From Octopus sinensis (taxonomy: Eukaryota), in contig NC_042999.1 of assembly GCF_006345805.1 (NCBI RefSeq), positions 132,122,001-132,186,000 of the forward strand: DNA of 64,000 nucleotides, given 5' to 3'. Positions 54,791-64,000 of the stretch are shown one piece after another. The first letter of the stretch is position 1. The number at the start of each line of letters is the position of its first letter. The notes beneath the pieces are model-generated. The model ran no database searches. It saw only the letters and a list, made by a program, of their open reading frames with translations, and was not told the DNA's origin. The translations under genes were made by a program, and so were the position numbers.

Positions 54791-56396
54791 TATCTATAGG
54801 TTATAAAATTTAATTGAAGTTGAAACTTTTTGTAGATTGTGACTATTGGCTTCACTTTTTACTGATTCTTATCCGATCTAATATTTACAGTATAACCTAC
54901 AGAAATCATTCAATAAGCTCGTTGACAATACATAACTATTTGATGTCGACAGAAAAATCATTCTTTATTCTATCCTTTGTTCGCTTGTCCTTTTGAAATA
55001 ACGATATAAAAAAAGTAACGTTTTTTTTTTTTTTGTATTCATGTTAACTGAAGAAGTTTTTATTTTTGATTTTAGAATGTGGGTGGTTGTGTCACATGAC
55101 TTTAAGGTTTTCAAACATAGGCAACTGAAACTATTTGAAAAATATCTTAATTTGTAATGACGAAAAATTATCAAGTTCGAGCATTTCATGATAGATGAAG
55201 TGACAAGGGTCTAGTAAATATGTGTGTGTGTGTGGTGTGTGTGTGTGTATCTATAATACATTAAAAGTGAGCTTGAATCTTGCTTGCTTGCTTGCAATGT
55301 TACCCAGCCAAACTGCCGCATAATGGGAAAATACTATGAATTAATTTTCCCTGAAATGTGAATACGAACGGAATAAAATAGGTTTTGCATAAATCGGACA
55401 AGTAGTTATAAAGATAGTTTTGGGGGTATAAATACCCAAAACGATGCATAATGGGAAAATATTTCGAAAATGATTTAACCGTGAAAGGGAAGAAACTCTT
55501 ACCTTTCGATTAGACAGAGTGACTTGACAACGAAAAAATATGATTTGCTTATTACAGTAAATATTTCTATATTTCTATTTCAAAAATGTAAGTTCTTTGC
55601 ACAGTAAGTATTTATATTTTAGCTTTCTTTAAACAGAAAATATTTTAATATTTAAAAAAATTATTTTCAAGTGAATACCATTACAAAATTTTTTTAGCAT
55701 ATTCAAAAAATATTTAAAAGTGAAAATGACTTTAAAAATACGGTAAATATTTCGTAAAAAACAATGATGTATTTACAGGAAGTAAATTTTAACTTCCTGC
55801 AAATACATATATGTATGTAAGTATATATATATATATATAACACTTTCCCTCTTCTTTTCACTTCACTGTGTCATTTTCCTCGCCCCTCCTTAATTCTTCT
55901 GTCCCTCTGTCTCTACCTCACTCTTTTCTCCCTCCACGTAACCGGTTTCAGCCAAGCCTGATCTTTCTTTCTTGGTTCGGCCGTTGTCCGTGCAACATCT
56001 ATATTCCACCATGTGCCTGTCAAAACTGGTATCCCTGCCATAAGGCTTTATTTCCACACACGCCAGTTTAATTTAATTCGTCCTTAGTCGAAATACATCT
56101 GTTGTTATGTCCTGTTATTTGTATTTGTGTAACATTCTCCGTTCCCCCCCCCCGGCCTTGTTTTCGTATATATTCGCTGCTTTTTTGCCAAGGAATCTAA
56201 TGCTCTTAGCCTAGTTTTTCCTTGGGGCAGGCCAGATTGGAGCAATCACGTGTATAACCAACCGAAATTGCAAAGATAATCTGGAACTCGACTAAGCAAA
56301 GAAAACGCCGAATGACCCGTCCTTGTTTTCTTTGTATCGTCTATCTAAATGTTTTGCGTTCTTGTCCCATTTTGTATTATATATGCGTGTGTGCGT

Positions 56397-56882
56397 GAGT
56401 AAAGTAGCTAGTTTTAACATTTCTGAATGAGATCTAAGTAGTATCTATACTGTATAGTAAAATGTATTTGCCAACGTAAAGTGGCAGTCCTGCGTAGGAC
56501 GTTACTACCTTTTAACCCCATGAAAACATCTTTTCCAGATGGTTATCGGCATACAATCTGTGTTTGAAATATACTGTGAGCATAGGAGCGTACAAATTCC
56601 TCCTAGCCACTAACAGTATCAACAGACCAGGACGGGAAATTACCATTGGCCTGTTGGTACTGCTAGTGCCTAGGAGGGAGTAGTACGTTCCCTTGCTCAC
56701 AGTATATTTGAGACACAGATTGTGTGTCGATAACCAGCCGGTAAAAATGTTTTCCTGGGGTCAAAAGATAGTAACAATGGTCCTACGCAGGACTGTCACC
56801 TTAAGTTGGCAAATGAATTTTACTGTGTAGTATAATTACTAGTTAGATCTCATTCAGAGATTTAAAACTAGCTGTTTTACTC
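56397..56882. mobile_element. Fold-back (imperfect palindrome) MITE; half copy at 57770-57968
   Basis: Arms such as gtggcagtcctgcgtagga / tcctacgcaggactgtcac and tgaatgagatcta / tagatctcattca. Confidence 0.75.
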
Positions 56883-57172
56883 ATTACGAGATCAGTGATT
56901 GTCTGTCACTTCTACATTTATATATATATCCTTCGAAACGTTTAGTAGATGAAACCTTAGCGACTGAAGAAGGGGATTTTTCGTTGTGCTTATTGTCCTG
57001 TATCTCTCTTTTCTTGCTTGTCTTGTTCCTTGGTTTGTGTCTATGTGTTTCGTCTCTCTATGTGTTCGACGTCTTTTTGGTGTCCTGTACACATATATGC
57101 GTGTATATGTACATGTAGAGGTAGGTACGTACATATATGTTTATATATATGCATATGTTCTATTTTATTAAC

Positions 57173-57204
<32 letters not shown>

Positions 57205-57212
57205 TATATATA

Positions 57213-57245
<33 letters not shown>

Positions 57246-57246
<1 letters not shown>

Positions 57247-57636
57247 TTTACTTGTTTCAGTCATTTGACTGCGGCCATGCTGGAGCACCGCCTTTAGTCG
57301 AGCAAATCGACCCCGGGACTTATTCTTTGTAAGCCCAGTACTTATTCTATCGGTCTCTTTTGCCGATCCGCTAAGTGACGGGGACGTAAACACACCAGCA
57401 TCGGTTGTCAAGCAATGCTAGGGGGACAAACACAGACACACAAACACACACACATACACATATATACATACATATATACGACAGGCTTCTTTCAGTTTCC
57501 GTCTACCAAATCCACTCACAAGGCATTGGTCGGCCCGGGGCAGAAGACAGTTGCCCAAGATGCCACGCAGTGGGACTGAACCCGGAACCATGTGGTTGGT
57601 TAGCAAGCTACTTACCACACAGCCACTCCTGCGCCT
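57246..57636 (-). mobile_element. SINE family A, full length
   Basis: Reverse complement of the 16483 and 25258 copies. Confidence 0.9.
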
Positions 57637-57664
57637 GTATATATATGTGTGTGTGTGAGTAAAG

Positions 57665-57719
<55 letters not shown>

Positions 57720-58138
57720 AGGGTCGAATAAACTGCTGTTTCTGGCTGGCGTTGTCCAGCACCGAGGACAGAAAATTACTCAGAAACCATTGGTCTGTTG
57801 GTACTACTAGTGGCTAGGATGGAGTAGTGCGATCCCTTACTCACAGTATATTTCAGAAACAGATTGCATGTTGATAACCACCTTGTAAAGATGTTTTCCT
57901 GTGGATAAAAGGTAGTAACACGGTCCTACACAGGACTGCCATCTTACGTTGGCAAATAGATTTTACTACATATATATATATATATATACCTTTGCCCATA
58001 TAATACAGTAAATGAATTGATTGCATCGCAATCCTTAACATTTATGTATTAACTTTGTTGGGTACTTCACTAGCAGTATATTGGATATGTTATCCCATGG
58101 AGGGTTGCATTTACAACCCCTATCTCAATTTGTATATA

Positions 58139-58206
<68 letters not shown>

Positions 58207-58397
58207 TATATTTATGAAGACACCATGGTGGAATTCCTCTTTACACACGGCATATAACATCTCATACCTTTTATATTTTGGGGAATTTTGAGAAAGTTTT
58301 TGCGAATTTATGTTCTACATACGAGAAATCATTTGATTATGCAACCCCACCCCCAAAAAAGAAAAGTTTTTGGTATGTGATTTAAGGAATAGTTAGT

Positions 58398-58820
58398 TAC
58401 TCTTTTTACTCTTTTACTTGTTTCAGTCATTTGACTACGGCCATGCTGGAGCACCGCCTTTAGTCGAGCAAATCGACCCCGGGACTTATTATTTGTAAGC
58501 CCAGTACTTATTCTATCGGTCTCTTTTGCCGAACCCCTAAGTGACGGGGGACGTAAACACACCAGCATCAGTTGTCAAGCGATGTTGGGGAGACAAACAC
58601 AGACACACAAACACACACATATATATACATATATACGACGGGCTTCTTTCAGTTTCCATCTACCAAATCCACTCACAAGGCTTTGGTCGGCCCGAGGCTA
58701 TAGCAGAAGACAGTTGCCCAAGATGCCACGCAGTGGGACTGAACCCGGAACCATGTGGTTGGTTAGCAAGCTACTTACCACATAGCCACTCCTGCGCCTA
58801 TAGCCACTCCTGCGCCTATG
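58398..58820 (-). mobile_element. SINE family A, full length, inserted in a MITE (~58218-59070)
   Basis: Reverse complement of the family A consensus; 17-bp duplication of the head. Confidence 0.88.
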
Positions 58821-59439
58821 GTTTACTCTTAGAACATCTAATGATGTTTAAGCAGAAAATTCCGACCGCCCGTATTTTAAACTCGGATTTTAAAAAAAAT
58901 TTCGAAGAATAAATTTTTTTAATTCGAAAAATTAAAAAAGAAATTTTCTTTTTTTCATAGTCGTATAAATTCCCGCGTGTAGAACACAAATATGCAGAAA
59001 ATTTCTGAAAATTCCAAATCAAAAAAGTAATGAGGGGTTATATGGCGTGCTTAAAACAAAATTGCGTCGATACTATGAGGGAGAAGATCAGAGATTGTGA
59101 GACTGAGCGTGTTTAGCGAGTTTACGGCCTAGTTATATAGTGTTTGTGTTAAAGCTGTGAGTTGTGAGGTTATCAGCACGCAGCATGTGGATGACGTTAA
59201 TGTACGGAAGGTTAAGGAGTGGAAGAGGATGCGTAACATGTTTGTGTTGTTTCCAAAAATAGCAAGTAGGTCATTGATGTATGATAGAGTGTTTACCTGA
59301 GAAGGGTGAAGGAAAGTAGATAGATCACAATTAATAATCGGAGAGAAAGAACCCCTTAAATCGACAAACGGTCTCCATTAAACGGGCTGCTTGGCTTAGT
59401 ATGTTTTCGTGCTAGGAAATATTATTATCGAGATAACTG

Positions 59440-59877
59440 GGATCTTTTCGGTTTGAACGGCAGTTTTTTTTAAATAATTTCCACGTAACTAAACACTTTT
59501 AAACTTTGTATACTGGTAGAATGTGTTTATAAAACATCTTTTTCTCTTGGCTTTATTGAGAAAATTCTATAGTTTGTAAGATATTTGTAGTTTTTTCCCT
59601 TCAATTTCTGCAATTTCAACCAATCAATGACGTCTATTGAGTTGAAAACATTCTGTGCCGTATGAATATGTCCCTCGTTTAAGAAACAGATTGGGTTCAT
59701 TTACATTTGTGAAGAAAAAAAGATACCCTTCCCCCACTCCTAACCCTAACCCTAAACCTAACTAACCCTAACCCTAAAACAGATTGAAATGCAATAGATC
59801 GATACTAGGGTCATAATTATGGGTGACAATTTCATATGACACCGCTAGAAAAACTGCCGTTCAAACCGAAAAGATCC
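59440..59877. mobile_element. GGATC-ended MITE with internal (TAACCC)n
   Basis: Same family as the 29406 copy, inverted; TSD gataactg/gataattg. Confidence 0.92.
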
Positions 59878-60679
59878 GATAATTGAATGTCAAAAGTTTT
59901 ATTTCAATTTTAGTGATTCGTGGACTAGGGTTAAACGATATGCTTACATTTTATTAACAAAGTGTTGTGCAGATTTGGAAATTGTTATCATCAAATAAAT
60001 GAATCGTACGTTCAATTCTCATTGAGCTGTCATTTTTGTTCACTTCTACATTAATCTTTTATATCTGAAAACTTTAAGCGAATTTTAGACGGGAGAAATC
60101 TACGGAGTTACACGATTTGTTAGCTGAGAAGCAGCAGAGAAATTTCCCTAAAATTATATCTTGCCTTCTTAAGAAGTAAAAAAAAAAGAAGAGTTTTCTC
60201 TCTTAGAAATTGCAGATAAAATTCCCTAAAAATATCATTTGGCATCCTAAGAAAAAAGAACGAGACTTTGAACAATGAAGTCCCAGATATGCAAAAATAA
60301 AGGATTATCGCGACGCTTAAAATTCAAAACACTGATATCTAAGTAACGAGAAATAGGCCATGGCATATCAGGTGACTTGCCTTGAATTTTGACCAGTCAT
60401 ATTTCAGCGGCAACGCGTGTCGGTGTGATTTAAACGGAAATTTTCACGCCATTTCCCGCCAAAATAATTTTTTAAATGTAGACGTGCAGGACAACCAGCG
60501 CAAAGGGTTGAAAGAAGGCAGAGGTTCCAGACAACCATCGCAGATTTTCCAATAAACGCAGACGATTTTTGGTTAACCATGACCTCGGGTTAAAGAGAAT
60601 CACTTCATCTACAATAATGGTTCTCCACATGACTCCCGAAGTTTCTATAAGATGTTTTGAGGTCACATAAGCAAAATAG

Positions 60680-60948
60680 TAAATTGGGAACCCACACAGT
60701 AGTATATTAAGGGGTTCATGAGAAAATTTTTATTTAGATGTATTTATTACTTAAAACAGTTAGGTTTCTTTCTCTAGCATTTTGCAGTGTTCAAACTACA
60801 CAAGTGAATGTGTGAAAACAATAGGAATTTCGAAAGAAATATCTATAAAGCTTGTTTTTACACATCGAATGGTTATAGGGGTCCACCAGAGTAAAATGGT
60901 AATCAAAGGGATCCACAGGTAAAAAAAAAAAATGATTGAGAACCGCTG
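60680..60948. mobile_element. hAT-type MITE fragment
   Basis: Ends attgagaaccgctg, the reverse complement of a CAGCGGTTCTCAA hAT-type TIR. Confidence 0.4.
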
Positions 60949-61225
60949 ATCTACAACGAACACAGAACTTTCCCACCTCTCGCCAACACGAAGATCTAAC
61001 AATCTCACCTCTAGCCAAATAACTGTATATACGAGATTCACTCCTGGCATTCTGCTTGGAAATTAATCTCTGTTGTGTCTTTATGATAATAAATGTAATT
61101 TGTTGGAAACTTTATACGGTGATATGGTTTTTATATGGGAACAACACTCAGCCGAGCAAAATATTAATCATCCATTTAACCAAAACCAGAGAATGATCAT
61201 GACTGAACACCTTTAACTACACGAC

Positions 61226-61711
61226 GAAATTCTGGTTTAAGCACTCTATTAACCCTTCATAACTTTTTTGAAATTTCCAGAAAATTTTTGCGAATTTGTG
61301 TTCTAGCCACGGGAATTCATACGATTATAAAAAAAGATAAAACAACTTTCTTGATTGTGTGTGTATGATTTAAAGGTGATTTAGATGTGGTTTTTAACAC
61401 AACTCACGACCACCTGATACTTTCCTCGTTTCATTGTCACCCTGACATGTATTGATGTTTTTCAATATTTTTCTTCCCATAAACGCCATTTTATGGAATG
61501 ATGATGCACCCAAGGGTACTCCATTGCTGGGATTTAAGGATAAAATTCGAACTGTCCGTACTTTTAAACACTGTTTTTAAAAACACAAAATTCGAAAAAA
61601 AATGGGAACTTTCGGGATTTATAAGGATTTTGTTTTTCGTAATCGTGTGTAGATTCGCAAAAACTTTCTAAAAATTCTCCAAAAAGTTATTGCGTGCTTA
61701 AACCAGAATTC
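61226..61711. mobile_element. MITE with TIRs gaaattctggtttaagcac / gtgcttaaaccagaattc
   Basis: Terminal and subterminal inverted repeats; related to 58218-59070. Confidence 0.6.
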
Positions 61712-62467
61712 TGCCAATCACACGCCTGCCGACTTTGTTTAGCTCTCACTAAAGAGATATATGATATAAGAACATTGTTATTTAGATTATATATTGGACA
61801 TTCCCATGGAATGGACGTCGGAAATTAGCTAATGCGCCAAAAATTGGGATTTGCAGCATGGACTGTTGAGCATATTTTATGAAAATGAGACTACTATGCA
61901 CACATAAAAACAAAAAAAAAATAGTTAAAATATCTTCTTAGTATATAATTGTGGCAAGTTTTACATTGTCTGAAAAGTCATTAGTTGAACTATTAGTCCT
62001 CTTGCATTGTGGTGGGTATCGGAGCCTTTTGAGCGACATTAGACCCCAACAAATGCCCATAAATCTATCTGGTCCACGATCGTGGCCCGTCGCGCTTTAT
62101 GTGTTAATAACCGTAGATTATAATTCTGGCAAAAAAAAAAAATGAAAGAAAGAAAAAACCGCTTTTTTTTTTTTTTTTCAAATTCGTAATTTTCGATGTT
62201 TAAAACATGCATTTCCAAAATATAACAGTTTTTGGCGCCCCACATAATATAGGAATAACATATATTGTATCAAAGCTGCGTTTGGATTACTTTTAGAATG
62301 ATTTGAATGAAATTAGTGTTCTTCGGGTGAGAATGTCTTTAAGTTCAGTGTCGGAGTGATGAAGAAAGGTTTCGAGATCGAATCTCTATCTCAGACTAAC
62401 AGCATTTCAAGTCGAAAGACAGATGAAAGTTATACATAACAAATAGAAGTTACATTTGTGTAGGGTG

Positions 62468-62760
62468 AGGGCGCGTGGCTTAGTGGTTAGGGCATTCGGC
62501 TCATGATCGTAAGGTTGTGAGTTCGATTCCCGGCGACGCGTTGTGTCCTTGAGCAAGACACTTTATTTCACGTTGCTCCAGTCCACTCAGCTGGCAAAAA
62601 TGAGTTGTACTTGTATTTCAAAGGGTCAGCCTTGTCACTCTCTGTGTCACGCTGATTATCCCCGAGAACTACGTTAAGGGTACACGTGTCTGTGGAATGC
62701 TCAGCCATTTGCACGTTAATTTCACGAGCAAGCTGTTACGTTGATCGTATCAGCTGGGAC
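62468..62760 (+). mobile_element. SINE family C
   Basis: A box tggcttagtgg, B box gagttcgattcc; body shared with the copy at 21363. Confidence 0.85.
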
Positions 62761-62924
62761 CCTCGTCGTCGTAACCGGCGGAGTCTTTAAAATTTAAAAT
62801 TTGTGTAGAGATTAAAATAGAATTTTCAAACAGAGTAGATGCAGACATGGCAGTGTGGTAAGAAGTTTGCTTCCCAACCACATGGTTCCAGGTTCAGTCC
62901 CACATACGTATACATATGTACATA

Positions 62925-63363
62925 CACCTCCTTGACTTACGACCTCAGCGAATTACGACCATCCGCACTTAAAGCCACTTAAAGCCGTAAAGATAGCTAT
63001 CGCAGCATGTGGGAACGTATACCTAGTTCTTTATTACCCACAAGGGGCTAAATACAGAGGGGAAAAACAAGGACAGACATAGGTATTAAGTCGATTACAT
63101 CGACCCCAGTGCGCAACTGGTACTTAATTTATCGACCCCGAAAGGATGAAAGGCAAAGTCGACCTCGGCGGAATTTGAACTCACAACGTATACCTCCCTC
63201 AGACCCAGGCATCCACTGCCTGTCACTGTTTTTCACTCAGTCGCTTTCAAGCATCAGTTGCCTTTGAATGAAAATAGTGTTGAAAAATGTAAATCCAACA
63301 TACGACCAGATCGAATTACGACCTGTCATTCGGAACAGAACTCGATCGTAATTTGAGGAGAAG
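62925..63363. mobile_element. Tigger-like MITE containing a 5'-truncated family B SINE (63025-63184, - strand)
   Basis: TIR-like ctccttgacttacgacc / gatcgtaatttgaggag; the SINE is flanked by the 11-bp TSD aacgtatacct. Confidence 0.7.
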
Positions 63364-63364
63364 G

Positions 63365-63397
<33 letters not shown>

Positions 63398-63460
63398 TAT
63401 AATTTGGGCAGGTCGTTCAGCAAAAGTTGAACACGCATATGTCGTCCTCGACAGGAGAGT

Positions 63461-63524
<64 letters not shown>

Positions 63525-63532
<8 letters not shown>

Positions 63533-63838
63533 TATCGGACAAAACCATATTTGGAAAACAAACAAGAAAGACTTAATCAATACATAATTTAATAATAGTC
63601 AAAAAAACGCCACAACAATCGTTTCGTCTGATCGACAATCTTCAGTGGACTTCCATACTCAGTGTCATTATGAAGTACTTCATAATTTGACACTGAATTA
63701 TTGGAAGTCCTGAAGATTGTCGATCAAGACAAGAAACGATTGTAGTGGCGGTTTTTTTGACTATTTATTAAAATTTATGTATGATAAGTCTTTCCTTGTT
63801 TGTTTTGCAAAATAGCGGTTTGTCTCGATAATATTTTA
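63525..63838. repeat. 314-bp zero-spacer imperfect palindrome with a hammerhead-like motif in each arm
   Basis: Centre gaagt|acttc at 63676/63677; plus arm CTGAAGA-ttgtc/gacaa-GAAAC-GATT-GTA; minus arm CTGAAGA..GAAAC-GATT-GTT. Confidence 0.88.
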
Positions 63839-63915
63839 GATATTTTACTATAAAACGATTTAATCCTAAATCTGATTTTTTTCCCTGTAAATTTGGATTA
63901 TTCCCTATAATATTA

Positions 63916-63947
<32 letters not shown>

Positions 63948-64000
63948 CATGCATGTGTGTGTCAAAGAGGACAACAAACGCCGAGGCATAACACGCATCT

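Noticed and set aside
59075-59340. Minus-strand CR1-like RT relic (YINDLL)
   Set aside because: Only one short motif is recognisable and there is no YADD; too degenerate to call.
62039-62130. Strong minus-strand acceptor (poly-T + CAG) followed by a 29-codon open frame
   Set aside because: The poly-T derives from a simple A-run, and the peptide is unrecognisable and ends in a stop.

Overview
AT-rich, microsatellite-dense eukaryotic DNA made almost entirely of transposable-element debris. The SINE families and repeat landscape resemble an Octopus (cephalopod) genome; this is an inference from recalled repeat families, not a database search. No host protein-coding gene could be supported, and most ORF-track entries are microsatellite or antisense artefacts. 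Recognisable elements include: a young, 5'-truncated CR1/Jockey-group LINE (CCCH-finger ORF1, APE+RT ORF2 with 1 frameshift and 2 stops) inserted in an Hsmar1-like mariner; a Tigger/pogo element; three other mariner remnants; a ~5 kb decayed Helitron RepHel gene plus three non-autonomous Helitrons; five GGATC-ended MITEs with 8-bp TSDs, three carrying TTAGGG repeats; three tRNA-like SINE families; and Penelope-like (PLE) GIY-YIG remnants. The most notable signal is a set of seven minimal type-I hammerhead-ribozyme (HHR) motifs at five loci. Four of them lie as opposite-strand pairs in two zero-spacer palindromes (8261-9051 and 63525-63838), and another lies in a spaced inverted repeat. This suggests a PLE/retrozyme-type fold-back system, although the palindrome arms differ mainly by 1-nt indels, so an assembly artefact must be excluded. 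A second clear signal is a LINE-SINE shared 3' stem-loop with compensatory base changes.
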